NCBI RefSeq assembly: GCF_006345805.1
Contig: NC_043010.1
Coordinates: forward strand, 6,262,001 to 6,326,000
Origin: Octopus sinensis
Taxonomy: Eukaryota
Length of the DNA stretch: 64,000 nucleotides
Direction: 5' to 3'
In this document: positions 36,440 through 49,430 of the stretch, piece by piece
Layout of the letters: each line of letters begins with the position of its first letter
How positions within the stretch are numbered: position 1 is the first letter of the stretch
Translations under genes and position numbers: made by a program
Notes under the pieces: generated by a model
Seen by the model: only the letters and a program-made list of their open reading frames with translations
Databases searched by the model: none
Told to the model about the DNA's origin: nothing

Positions 36440-36900
36440 TTTTAAAGTTTGCTTTCCATGCTAGCATGGGTTGGACGATTTGACTGAGGACTGGTGAACC
36501 AGATGGCTGCACTAGGCTCCAATCTTGATCTGGTAGAGTCTCTACAGCTTGATGCCCTTCCTAACGCCAACCACTTTGAGAGTGTAGTGGGTGCTTTTAT
36601 GTGCCACCGGCACAAGGGCCAGTCAGGCAGTACTGGCAACAACCATGCTCAAATGATGTTTTTTATGTGCCACCTGCACAGGAGCCAGTCCAGCGATACT
36701 GGCAACGACCTTGCTCAAATGTTTTTTCACGTGCCTCCAGCACAAGTGCCAGTAAGGTGACGCAGGTAACAATCACACTCAAATGGTGCATTTTATGTGC
36801 CACTGGCACAGAAGCCAGTTTGTTGCTCTGGCAACAATCACGCTCAGATGGTACTCTTAGTGCTCCACTGGCACAGATGCCAGTCATAACATGGATGCCA
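36440..36900 (-). mobile_element. RTE LINE 3' UTR with ~5 internal ~62-65-bp tandem units
   Basis: Unit TTTTATGTGCCAC..GCACA..GCCAGTC..CTGGCAAC..GCTCAAATGG repeated from about 36597. Confidence 0.75.
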
Positions 36901-37313
36901 GTGCATATGCATATATATATGTGTGTGTGTGTGATGTGTGTGTATACATATATTAATATAAATATACAAGCTTCTTTCAGTTTCCATCATCTAAATTCAC
37001 TCATGAGGCTTTGGTTGGCCTGAGGCAATAGCAGAAAATATTTGTGCAGGATGTCACACAGTGGGACTGAACCTAAAATCACATGGTTGGGAAGCAAACT
37101 TCTAAGCCACATGACCATACATTGACCTATGTAGCGCAGACATAAATATTGGTTTCAAATTTTGGCATAAGCCTAGCACAGCAGGGGAGAGGGTAAGTCA
37201 ATTACATTGACCCCCATCGTCAACTGGTATTTATTTTATTGACCCCGGAAAGATGAAATGCTACTGAGTATTTCAGCTGGCATGCTAATGATTCTACCAG
37301 CTACCTACCTTAA

Positions 37314-37533
37314 CCCTTTCATTACTGTATTTATTTTGAGATGCTCTGTGTTTCTTTCAATTACTTTAAATATAACAAAGAATTTAGTGAAATAACTTAG
37401 TTATCATTCAGCTAGTGTTAGGGACATAAATTGCAACTAAAGTTTGGTGGAAGATTTTAATTCAAAACTTATGAAAACAAGACATTTGTACTACAGAGCC
37501 AGAGGCAGTTTTGGCCGGGTTAGTAAGAAAGTG
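37314..37533. mobile_element. piggyBac-type MITE (220 bp)
   Basis: TTAA|CCCTTTCATTAC...GTAAGAAAGTG|TTAA; internal sequence is the reverse complement of 28266-28486. Confidence 0.82.
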
Positions 37534-38307
37534 TTAAAGGAAGAGATATATTCTATTAGATTTTGGTTACTTTCTTTTTGCATGAAGATGGACTTGAACC
37601 CAGTATTACAAGCTGATAAAACACTTGTTAATTGCAGAGTGGTCCCACTGCTTACTAAAATACACAGTATCAACAAGAATAAGCCTGAGTAAAATAAACA
37701 ATTTGTGCACATGTACTGTACATTGCCAGTGTTTAGACATAAACTAATGATTCTTTGGTTGATAAACTGATACCAACATCCATATTCAACTACTCAATGT
37801 GGTTAAAATAATCAATATTTGTCCAGTGCCAATAATTAAATATAAACATAGGGTTCATTAGGCAAAAAGCCAAGATCTCATTCATTCAATAAATCCTTGT
37901 ATTCCACAAATGTTGATTACCATTCCTGTATATAGAATATTTCAAGTAAATTGACTGAGCATGAAACGTGGTTCTTGAATATAAGTCTAATTTTAATTAA
38001 ATCTTATTTACGGCATAGCAATCTGGTCAATCTGAGATCAAATCCCACCCTCTTTTCTGTAGGCACAGGTATGGCTGTGTGGTAAGAAGTTTGCTTGGGT
38101 AAGTGTCTTCTACTATGTCCCCCAGGCTAACTAGAGTCTTGTGAGAGGATTTGGTAGATGGAAACTGAAAGAAGCCTGTTGTACATGTGTGTGTGTTTGT
38201 GTGTGTGTGTGTGTGAATGTGTGTGTGTGTATGTGTGTGTGTGTGCATGTGTGTGTGAATGTGTGTGTGTGTGTATGTGTGTGTGTGTGCATGTGTGTGT
38301 GTGTGAA

Positions 38308-38339
<32 letters not shown>

Positions 38340-39095
38340 TATGTCCTACCAGAGCCTGGTGCAACTCTCTGGTTTATTGGCCTCAGTCAAACTTTGTTAC
38401 TCATGCCAACATGGAAAATGGATGTTGAGTGATGACAACGACGACGACGATGATGATGATGACGAATCTTAGTATTTTTTTTAACCCCAGGTCAGTCTTG
38501 AAAGAGTAAATGACAATTCATAGCTCCAATGATTGCACCACTTAAAGCTAAAGGACTGGGTCACTCACTGAAGCATATTTGTAGTCTTCCATTTAGTATA
38601 ATCAAAGTCATTATGGCTGTGACTAATCCATCTTTTTACTTTTTTCCAACTCACTGTATCTAAAACTACAATATCCCACGTGTTGCTCTTTTTCTAATGC
38701 AGTGAGACAGGATTTAAAGGAGATTTCATTGTTGTTTGGTGATTGGTAGCAAATCAAGGGACCCTGCAGAAGACCTCCTCCTTGACGGCAGCCTTGTGTG
38801 TTATTCAAATGATTCACTTCAGTTCTATGACTGGAGTCTGGAGGCAGAGCCTTCTAGCTTGCTAGCCCTGGTCAAACTGTCAAACTGTCAAACAACCCAT
38901 GCCAGCATGGACAACGGATGTTAAATGATGATATATATATGTGTGTGTGTGTATGTGTGTGTGCGTGCATGTGTGTGTGTGTGTATGTCTGTCTGTCTGT
39001 ATATATATATATATATATAAGTATATATATATGTATATGTATGTATATGTATGTATATATATATATATATATAAGTATATATATGTATACATATA

Positions 39096-39300
39096 GTTAA
39101 TCCAAATAAGAAAGCACAAAAAAACACAACAACGCGAGGACGTGGAACAAATATAGTATTATTGGACGCTCAGGAAAGAAGGAGGGTTTAACGTTTCGAG
39201 CGGAGCTCTTCATCGGAAATATAGGAGAAGGAAAGATCCAGAGAAGGAAAGATCCAGAGAAGGGAAGACAGAGGAAAAAAAAATCGCCAACGGTACACAT
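39096..39300 (-). mobile_element. Penelope-like pseudo-LTR fragment inserted in (TA)n
   Basis: CpG-rich non-microsatellite block between TA tracts carrying a hammerhead motif; related fragment at 12035-12150. PLE assignment is inferred from the ribozyme type; no RT/GIY-YIG ORF present. Confidence 0.55.
39186..39220 (-). ncRNA. Minimal type I hammerhead ribozyme motif
   Basis: Minus strand A-UUU-CCGAUGA-A-GAGC-UCC-GCUC-GAAA-C-GUU|AAA-C: core boxes, 4-bp helix II, palindromic ACGU helix III, short helix I; U4 is C. Confidence 0.6.
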
Positions 39301-39404
39301 GCAGTCACATTTTGAATACATATACATATATATATATATAAAATGTATGTATATATATTTATGTGTATTCATGTGTGTGTGTATTATATATATATATATA
39401 TATC

Positions 39405-39630
39405 ATCATCATCATCGTCATTTAACGTCCGCCTTCCATGCTAGCATGGGTTGGACGATTTCACTGAGGGCTGGTGAACCAGATGGCTGCACCAGGCTCC
39501 AATCTTGATTTGGCAGAGTTTCTACAGCTGGATGCCCTTCCTAATGCCAACCACTCCGAGAGTGTAGCAGGTGCTTTTATGTGCCATCGGCACGGGGGCC
39601 AGTCAGGCAGTACTGGCAACGGTCACGGAA
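39405..39630 (-). mobile_element. RTE LINE 3' UTR end
   Basis: (CAT)n-TTTAACGTCCGCCTTCCATGCTAGCATGGGTTGGACG..GGATGCCCTTCC. Confidence 0.75.
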
Positions 39631-39645
39631 AATCATGTTTTTGTT

Positions 39646-39676
<31 letters not shown>

Positions 39677-40149
39677 CTATATATATATATATATATATAT
39701 ACACATTCATATATATACATGTACAGAACCATATGCATATGCATGTCTATGCATGCACATACATATGTATGTGTGTACACTATTTGAATGAAGTTGCATG
39801 TATGCATATCATTGCTTGTGTGTCTGTGTGTCTGTGCATGTTACTTTGAACAGTATTGCTGCCATCATGCCTAAGTTTGCAAGACAGCATACACTGTGAA
39901 ACCTGTCTGTGTATGTTTAATGAGAGAGATTTTTTAGTAGTTTCATGTGAATAAGTAGTTTCATGTAAGCATGTTGTTTTGTGTATGTTAGTTTCATGTA
40001 AGTACGTTTAGTTTCATATTTGTGTGTCTGTGTGTACAGTTGTGTACATGTTAGCAATTTCGTGTATTTGCATAATTTCATATTTTATGCGTATAGTTTC
40101 ATGTTTGTTTTTAATTCCATATGTGTATGTGTGAGTAGTTTCTTCTGTG

Positions 40150-40442
40150 TGAATGTGCATGTGTATATGTGTGTGTATGTATGTATGCATGTATGTATGT
40201 ATGTATGTATGTATTTATGCATGTATGTATGTATGTATGTATGTATGTATGTATGCATGTATGCATGTATGTATGTATGTATGTATGCATGTATGTATGT
40301 ATGTGTGTGTGTATGTATGTATGCATGTATGCACGTATGTATGTATGTATGTATGTATGTATGTATGTATGTTGTTTGTTTGTATGTATGTATGTATGTA
40401 TGTATGTTTGTTTGTATGTATGTATGTATGTATGCATGCATG

Positions 40443-40474
<32 letters not shown>

Positions 40475-40560
40475 TGTATGTATGTATGTTTGTTTGTTTG
40501 TATGTATGTATGTATGTATGTATGTTTGTATGTATGTATGTATGTATGTATGCATGCATG

Positions 40561-40592
<32 letters not shown>

Positions 40593-40760
40593 TGTATGTA
40601 TGTATGTATGTATGTGTGTATGTATGTGTGTGTGTATGTATGTATGCATGTATGTATGTATGTATGTATGTATGTATGTATGCATGCATGCATGCATGTA
40701 TGTATGTATGTATGTATGTATGTATGTATGTATGTATGTATGTATGTATTTATGCATGTA
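40150..40760. repeat. (TATG)n microsatellite
   Basis: Direct reading. Confidence 0.97.
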
Positions 40761-41342
40761 TGTGTATGTGTGTATATCTATGTATTTTCATATGTGGCTA
40801 TTTTTAAGAGTGTGTGTGTATATGTAGTTTCACGTGAGTAGTTTAATGCTTATGCAAGTAGGTTTGTGTAAATGTTTGCATGAGTGTAGTTTCATGTATA
40901 TCTGTATGTGTGCATATATGTGTGTGTGTGTATTTTCGTGTGTGACCACAATTTTATGTGTGTGTGTGTGTGCACATGTAGTTCCATGTGAGTAACTTAA
41001 TATGTGTGTAAGTGTGTTGCTGAATATCACTATAGTTTGATGTGTGGTTGTGTAATGTAAAGTGTGAATGTATGTGTTATCTGTATATGTGTGAGTGTAT
41101 ATGTGAGTGCATGTGTGTGTATGTGTGTGTGTGTGTGTGTGTGTATTCTTAACCAATTGCTCAGATGATATCACAATTTTTTTGTTTCTATTTTTTTGTA
41201 AGATTTTAGATTTATATCATTTATTTGGGTGTTTATTTTGCATAACTGTAATTGAAATAAAAAAAAAAATTAAAATAAAGAAAATATTCTATAATTTTTA
41301 TACATTTCATGATTTTTGTTTTTAATTTTATATTTCATCCAG

Positions 41343-41481
41343 GACAAACTAAGGCCAATGATTACAGAAAATGAGCAAAACTACCGAAATAATTGCCTTC
41401 AAGAAGTTAAAAATAATTTTTGTTGTCAAAAAAATCTTGCTAATAATGGTTGCAGTGATTACTTGTTGAAATGATGTCGGC
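41343..41481 (+). other. Candidate plus-strand exon (coding status unclear)
   Basis: Pyrimidine-rich acceptor ..TTTCATCCAG and donor C|GTAAGT; frame DKLRPMITENEQNY..SDYLLK* ends 7 nt before the donor. Confidence 0.2.
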
Positions 41482-42197
41482 GTAAGTCTGCACAGAAATG
41501 ATATCTTTTCTTAGTAGCTTCATTTCATGCAAAAATGTGTGTAAATAAAACGAGAGATTATTAGTTTAACTCTTTTGCAATCAATGATATTGATACTTTG
41601 GAATGAGAAATTATTCACTCGACTACATGCATTAATGTACTTTTATTTTTGTTTTGGTTTGTCTTTTTTTTTTTTAATATTTTGTAATTTTCCCATTTTC
41701 TTGCCCCTTTTCTCCTCCAGAATATGAATTTTTTAATCTCATTTATTGTAATGTTATCATCATCAACACTTTCATCATCAACATTGACATCATCATCATC
41801 GTCTTCGTCGTTGTTGTCGCCGTCATCATCATCGTAATCATCTTCGTCGTCATCATTGTCCTCATCTTCATCATCATCGTAATTGCTGTCATTGTCATCA
41901 TCATCATCATCATCATCATCATCACGATTCAGTGTGTCTGTATTCCACGCAGGGATGAGATCGACAGTTTGACAGGACACGACAGGTCAGATGGTTCTAT
42001 CAATCTACAATGTCTGTTTTGGTATGGTTTCTATATCTGGAAGCCCTCTCTTCCTGAAACCAAGCACTCTACTGAATATACCGGGGATGGGGGAAAGGGT
42101 CTTTCCTTTTTGTGTCATCAGCACAAATGAGTTCACATCGCAGCTGGCAAGGCAAAATCCCTTTTTATATTCATAAAATGAAGTTATATCTAAAATA

Positions 42198-42971
42198 GAT
42201 GTATGTGGGTTTTGTAAGAAGCTTCCTTCCCAAACACGTGGTTCTAGGTTCAGTCCCACCATGTGGCACCTTGGGCAAGTGTCTTCTACTATAGCCTTGG
42301 GCCAACCAAAGTCTTGTGAGTGGATTTGGTACATGGAAAGTGAAGAAACCCATCTATACACTATATATTATATATATATATATATATGTGTGTGATATAT
42401 GTGTTGTATATATATATATTATATATATATCTATATATATACATATTTACATTATAATATATATATATATAATACTATATATCACTATATATGTGTGTGT
42501 GTTGTGTGTCTTTGTGTCCCTGTTTGTTCCCCACTGTCAATGGACGACCGGTGTTAGTGTGTTTGTTTCCCATAAACTTACAGTTGGCAAAAGAGACTGA
42601 TAGAATAAGTACTAGGTTGAAAATAGTTCCTGGGGGACGATTTGTTCAACTAAAACCCTTCAAGGAGGTGCTCTCAGTTCATAGCCAGTCAAACTGATTG
42701 AAACAAGTAAAAGAAACAAAAGAATAAAAGATTACATTTTGACTCTATTTTATACAAACTTATTCCATTTGTTTATAAAATTCTAGGGGCCTTGACTCGA
42801 AAAATAAGTCCTGGGGGCGATTTGTTCAACTAAAACCCTTCAAGGAGGTGCTCCAGCATAGCCACAGTCAAATGATTGAAACAAGTAAAAGAACAAAAGA
42901 ATAAAAGAATTACATTTTGACTCTATTTTATACAAACATTATTCCATTTGTTTATAAAATTCTAGGGGCCT
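42198..42971 (+). mobile_element. SINE family A with duplicated 3' end plus flank
   Basis: Units 42621-42792 and 42801-42971 differ almost only by small indels. Confidence 0.75.
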
Positions 42972-43365
42972 CTGTTACTCAGGGTTGGCAATTTAATTGT
43001 ATCCATGAGCACAAGCCTTAGCAAATTGTTTTCCTTTTTGCGTTTAAAACTGACAGTTGCCCATGAAAATTTTCCTTCTCCAAGGCATGTCAAAAAGGAA
43101 AGGCCTTAAAAAAGCTTGGTGCCAGTGTTGTCACAGATGTTGCTATGAGAATTCAAAGGGCCAGAATAGATCTGCGAGGCATTTCTGCTAATCTTGTATT
43201 GGCAATTTAAGAATAAAGGCAAAGAGGACCTTGGCAGGATTTGAACTTAGAGCATAGAGAGTCGGAATAAAAACTGTGAAGTGTTAAATCCAACAACCTA
43301 ACAACTCTACTATTTTGCCAGCTTTTTCTTTTTTTTTTTTACTTTCTTTTGTATGTTAATATAAA

Positions 43366-43635
43366 GCACAGGTGTGGCTGTGTAGTAAGAACCTTGCTTC
43401 CCAATCACATGATTTCAGGTTCAGTCCCACTGTGTGGCACCTTAGGCAAAATGTCTTCTACTATAACCTCGGGCTGATCAAGACCTTATGAGTGGATTTG
43501 GTAGATGGAAACTGAAAGAAGCCTGTCATGTGTGTGTGTCTGCATGCATGCGTGTAAGTGTGTGTCTTTGTGCCTGAACTTGTTCCCTACCACCGCTTGA
43601 CAACGAGTGTTGGTTTGTTTAAGTCTCTGTAACTT
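43366..43635 (+). mobile_element. SINE family A, 3'-truncated
   Basis: GCACAGGTGTGGCTGTGTAGTAAG..GGTTCAGTCCCACTGTGTGGCACC..GGAAACTGAAAGAAGCC. Confidence 0.8.
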
Positions 43636-43774
43636 TTCTTGAAAATTACCTTAAGTAACTTCAATTTATTGTTTACATTAGTTTACACTGAAATAGATAA
43701 ATCTTGAGACACAAATACACACGCACACACACATACATACACACACACATACATACACACACATAGATACATAA

Positions 43775-43816
<42 letters not shown>

Positions 43817-43897
43817 GTACACATGTATATAAACCTACACATGCATACAAACATACATAATATAAAAATATATATACAATCACACACACATATACAC

Positions 43898-43933
<36 letters not shown>

Positions 43934-44268
43934 GTGTGTGCGTGCGTATGTGTATATATTTATATATATATATAGTCAATTTGGGGATATCAAGTCTTCA
44001 TTAGGGATTAAATGATCTAAAAATTTTAACTGGTTAATCACTATCATGTATGGAGAAAGTCATGACAACATGTTAAGGATTATTATAGTAATAAACATAT
44101 ATGTAGTTTTTGGGATCCTGCCATTTCTATTTTTAAGCTTTATAATTTATTTGGATTGTTTTTTATAAAAAACTTTCAACCTCATAGTATCATACAAAAT
44201 GAATTAATTATATAACCATAATTCTCCATTTTCTTTCTTTCATTATATATATGTGTGTGTGTGTGTGT

Positions 44269-44597
44269 GAAGGTGCAAGGCTCAGTGGTTAGAGTGTCGA
44301 GCTTACGATTGCGAGGTTGTGAGTTTGAATCCCGGACCGGGCTGCATGTTGTGTTCTTTAGCAAGACACTTTATTTCACGTTGCTCCCATTCACTCAGCT
44401 GTAGAAATGAGTTGCAGCATCACAGGTGCCAAGCTGTATTGGCCTTTGTCTTTCCCTTGGACAACATCAGTGGCATGGAGAGGCTGGTATGCATGGGCAA
44501 CTGCTGGTCTTCCATAAACAACCTTGCCCAGACTTGTGCCTAGGAGGGTAACTTCCTAGGTGCAATCCCATGGTCAGTCATGACCGAAGGGGGTCTC
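44269..44597 (+). mobile_element. SINE family E (CORE-type), full length
   Basis: A box GGCTCAGTGG, B box GAGTTTGAATCC, CORE-like GCAAGACACTTTATTTCACGTTGCTCCCATTCACTCAGCTGTAGAAATGAG. Confidence 0.85.
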
Positions 44598-44714
44598 AGC
44601 ATATATATATAATTACAAATAAGGGTTAAAAATTAGATATTAATTTAATAATACCATCAATTTAACACCAAGTGGCTTAGCGCATAAAAAACCAGGGATA
44701 CAATAAAAAAAATT

Positions 44715-44817
44715 TATACATAAATATAAGAGAGAGTGACCACTATATGGCTAATACCATAGCAGATCTATTTTTAGCGCTAGAGTCGACCATATAGTGG
44801 TCACTCTCTCTTATATT

Positions 44818-44825
<8 letters not shown>
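44715..44825. repeat. Foldback: perfect 36-bp inverted repeat, 39-nt loop, abutting (TA)n
   Basis: TATACATAAATATAAGAGAGAGTGACCACTATATGG (44715-44750) vs CCATATAGTGGTCACTCTCTCTTATATTTATGTATA (44790-44825). Confidence 0.92.
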
Positions 44826-44862
<37 letters not shown>

Positions 44863-45183
44863 AGTTTAAAGATCCAATAGAGGTAAAATCAGCAAAAAAA
44901 AAAATACTCCTTCAAGTGAGAGATAAATATCAATTTAAATACAAGACTAAAATAGCTACTAATAGTTTCATGCTTTTATGATTCTTGAACATGCATACTT
45001 ATAAAATGCACCATGTATCTTAAAGCAATCATTTCAGACACTCACGAGGAATGATATTTTTACTGAAGATTTACACCTTTTATATTTATGTGAGACAGTC
45101 GAAAAATATCTGGATATTTTATTTATATGACAGAAATATGTCATCTGGGTAGCCAAGGTGGGCAGACTAACATTATAAATATT

Positions 45184-45378
45184 GATTTCAAATTTCTGAA
45201 CAAGGCCAGCAATTCTGTGGAAGAGAGTAAGTCGATTACATTGACTCCAGTACTTGACTAGTACTTATTTTATTGACCCCGGAAGTATAAAAGGCGAAGT
45301 CAAGCTCAGAAAAATTTGAACTCAAAATGTGTGAAGACAAATAAAATACTGCTAACGATTCTGCCAGCTTGCTGCCTT
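45184..45378 (-). mobile_element. SINE family B, diverged
   Basis: GTCGATTACATTGAC..TTATTTTATTGACCCC..AATTTGAACTCA..CTAACGATTCTGCCAGC. Confidence 0.7.
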
Positions 45379-46382
45379 ACTAACACTATAAAAATTAATT
45401 ATTATATATAAAAAGTAAATGATTTTCATTTCATTGTAAAAATACTAATTTAATGCATGGAATTCTGTGCATAGTTGAGTACATGACTGCTATTTTGATC
45501 TTGAACAGACGTAGTATCTACTGCCTTTCAAGTTTAATCCAAACATTAACCAGTAATGCTTTTAATTACATGTGCCATAAGTTCATCACCATAATATATA
45601 ATTTATAGTTGGAATTCAGTCAGAAATTAAACTGTTTTTTAAGTGTCAGAACAGAGTGAGGGTGTGTATATGAGAATGTTAGATTACATATTGTGTTAGC
45701 TTCTAATGCTTCAGCTACTTTTAAGAGATGATATAATTATTTTATGAGAGTTCATAAAAATAGTAATAATGAATATATATATGTATATATATATATAAAT
45801 ATATATATACGTATGTATGGTATGTATGTATGTATGTATGTATGTATGTATGTATATATATATGCACACACATAAGTATATATATATATATGTATATACA
45901 TACACATGTAAGTATGTATATATATGCACATACATACATGCATACATGCATGCATACATACATACATACATACATACATACATACATACATACATACGTA
46001 TATATATATATTTGCTCACATGTATATGTAGGTACAAAACTCAAATTTTAAAATTCATATAGACGAATATACTTACATACATAAATGTATATATATATAC
46101 AGTCATCCAATCATTCTTCTATACATGCATGCCTACATATATGCATGCATACATACATACATGCACACATACATGCATGCATTAAGTACATACATCAATA
46201 TGTTAATAACATGCATACACACATGTCTACCTGCCCAAAGTTCCATAGAGTGAGATCAAATGCAGAATAACATGAGAGAGAGGTAAATTGCTTAACTATA
46301 CATTGATCTATCCATCTTCCCCATCCGTCCATATTTGTGTTTGTATATGTGTATGTGCATGGTGTGTGTGTGTATGTATATG

Positions 46383-46475
<93 letters not shown>

Positions 46476-46674
46476 TATATATATCTATGTATATATATAT
46501 ATGTATATATATATATGTATATATATGTATATATATATATATATGTATATATACATACACACATGCATGCACAAATATATACATATATCTCTATATATGT
46601 ATATATATATACATATATATACATAAATATGTATCCTGATGATGATGATGATGATAATGATACATATTTATGTA

Positions 46675-46708
<34 letters not shown>

Positions 46709-47623
46709 CACACACATATATATACATGCACAAATATATACATATACATATATATATGATTATATATGGTATATATGAGATATACATACATATATATATA
46801 TACATACATATATATATGTATGTATGATGCTTATCTATTAAATCTCTGGATTTATGATCTTTAATCAACGTACACCTATTTTTTTAAATCTCATATTTAA
46901 ATTGCTCTTTATATATTTAATTAAAAAACACTATCTTAACATCTAGAGTTTCTGTGTGTGTGTGTGAGTGGCTTTGTAAATGCATGTGTGTGCATATGTC
47001 TATGTAAATGTGTGAATGTGTATTTGAGTACATGTGCGCATGTACATGAGTGCTTCTGTGTCTGTGTGCGCGTGCCTGCGTTTTGCGATAGCGCTCCTGT
47101 CTCTTTGCTAACAACAATGCAATAAGGCTGGGAGCAAACTAACAGCAGAGCTTCTATGTAATTCGTTCATCCTACTCAGCAGCCTAAACTTCCTCAGCAG
47201 CCTCACTACTAATTTTAAGAATGGATCCATATGATACACGTGATCAATTTTAAAACATCACATGTTACAATAAAAATAGGGGCTGATTAAGGCCAGAATA
47301 CTTTGCAGACGATAGCAGTAGCTGTTGTCTGATACATCAGGCTTCATACATATGTTGTTGTTGTTGTTTCTGTTTCATAGCCTCAGGTCATCTTTGATTG
47401 AACTAACTTACAATTTATTACATTCCATTCCTACCGTGACCATCCAGTCTCTGTTTCAGGAATAGTATACCCTAGACTATATTATCTGTTACATTCGCTA
47501 ATTTTTTAAGACTGTAAGATATGGTTTGACTACTATTTTTAGCTTGTTGATTAGGCAATTAGAGGCACTGTGTTTCGTGATTGTTGAAAATGGAATGTTT
47601 GTCCAAAGTATTTCCCCAAATAT

Positions 47624-47970
47624 CTCTATGCTACAGACCTACAATTTTTGGTGTGAAGGGTTTGACCAAAATGTTTGCCTTTAATGTTTAATCCAATACC
47701 TCTATGCTACAGACCTACATTTTTTTGTGTGAAGGGTTTGACCAAAATGTTTGCCTTTAATGTTTGATCCAATACCTCTACGCTACAGGCCTACAATTTT
47801 TGCCTCAGTTGTTTGATCTCTATACTACAGGTATACAATTTTGGCTTTAAACATTTGAGCAAATACCACAATGCTACAGGCCTAAAAGTTTTGCTTTTTG
47901 TGTTTGACCAGATATTTCTATGTTACAGGCCTACAATTTTATTATTAAGTATTTGACCAAATACTTCAAT
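47624..47970. repeat. 76-bp tandem repeat decaying into shorter related units
   Basis: CTCTA(T/C)GCTACAG at 47624, 47700, 47776, then degenerate TACAGG..TACAATTTT units. Confidence 0.85.
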
Positions 47971-48734
47971 GCCACTTTACCACTTACAAAGTTGGTGAAA
48001 TGGCAGAGTTGTTAGAGCACCAGATAGAACAGCTCTTTGCACTCTGAGTTTGCATCTCACGTCTCTGAGTTCACCAAGGACAATTTTACTGTCATTCTTT
48101 TTGAAGCCACAAATGACCACCTAATCAAAGACAACAGTTTAAATGAATTGTAAGAGCTTTGAATGTGTTATCTTCTGATAATTGTTCCATCTGTTTGTAT
48201 TCTGATGGTAACTTCTACTTCTTCACTGGTGCCAAGCTGTATCTATCATTGTCTTTTTTTTGGTCAATAATGGTGACCCACAGTGGGGAGACTTGGAAGC
48301 ATGCACAACAACTGATCTTTCAAATAGTCCTTGCCCATGCCTGTTCTGTGAAGGGCAATTTCTAGGTGCAGTCGTTCATAGGCTCATAAGATAAGCAAAT
48401 ACCCTGAATATGGCTACTGGCGCTTTCCAACAATAGCTGTGAGCTGTTTATTTCTGGTTATACTCATATCCTTGTTTATCTCTGATTCATTTACTACTGA
48501 TCCAGGTAACATGGTATGCTCAATTGTGAACCTTATGCTTGTCACAAATTAATCTGTGATAACATGGGTCAATGATCAGTCAAAGATTCTGCTTGGATTG
48601 CAAAAGTATGCCCCATCAATCATCCACAATACTCAGGACAACTTGGAATCTTGGAATGAAATCTGCTTCTCCTATATGGTCTACTATTTATTTATCAATG
48701 TCATTTAACACTGTGTTTTTTTAATATAATAATA

Positions 48735-49233
48735 TAATAATTATGAAATTATTGTATACAGTGCTCAGGTGTACCACAACTTGTCAGAAAGTGCATATAA
48801 AGTACATGCAGTAATGTAGAAATGTCTGGAAAGCGAACAATGTATGAGTCAGATACATGCTTGTGTGTGTATGGAGGGGAGAAAATCAAGTGTAGTGTTG
48901 GCGAATCTCAGGAAGCATGGAAGTTTTGAAGGTTGCAGTGCTCCGACAACTAACAACTGATGCCGGCAGTTTGTTCCATGCTTCAGCAACTCTCAGCATG
49001 AAAAAATGTTTCCTGAAGTCATGGGAGCTGTGCTGTTTTCTGACTTTGTAAATATGTCCACGGGTGTTAGATGGGTGAAGTTTAAAAGGGTGCTCAGAGT
49101 TATTGTTTGTACAATGGTTGATAATTTTATGGGTGTCTGCCAAGTCAGCTGCCAGACATCGGAGTTTCAATGTGTCCATGCCCAGGGAAGTAAGGCGTTC
49201 AGGATATGGAAAATGCCTGATGGAGGGTATTCT
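48735..49233 (-). mobile_element. CR1-group LINE 3' end (same family as 3729-4350)
   Basis: ORF 48886-49179: MDTLKLRCLAADLADTHKII..NTRGHIYKVRKQHS..RKHFFMLRVAEAWNKLPASVV..FKTSMLPEIRQHYT*. Confidence 0.87.
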
Positions 49234-49430
49234 TTCCTTTAAACCTGTGGCAAAATGTGGATAGATGTAAACAATTTAACAATACAGATGAATAAATGTG
49301 GCTTCGGGGAAATTTTGTTGTCATTTTCTCTGGAAATTGCAGGTTTTGATTTTTATTTGTCTTGTCAAAAATGGAAGGGGACAGCATTTTAAAAACTTGA
49401 ATTCTTAACTGAAACTTAATTCAATTTTTT

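Noticed and set aside
43975-44025. CTAATGAAG..CAAA on the minus strand between TA tracts as another decayed hammerhead
   Set aside because: Core boxes mutated and helix II cannot be drawn; undecidable without a family consensus.
47050-47350. CpG-retaining unique stretch as a promoter or enhancer
   Set aside because: No specific motif or transcript evidence; needs conservation or ATAC data.
48383-48505. Plus-strand exon encoding a hydrophobic helix (WRFPTIAVSCLFLVILISLFISD) with AG|GTAACA donor
   Set aside because: The acceptor lies in a decayed SINE E remnant and T-rich DNA readily yields hydrophobic translations.
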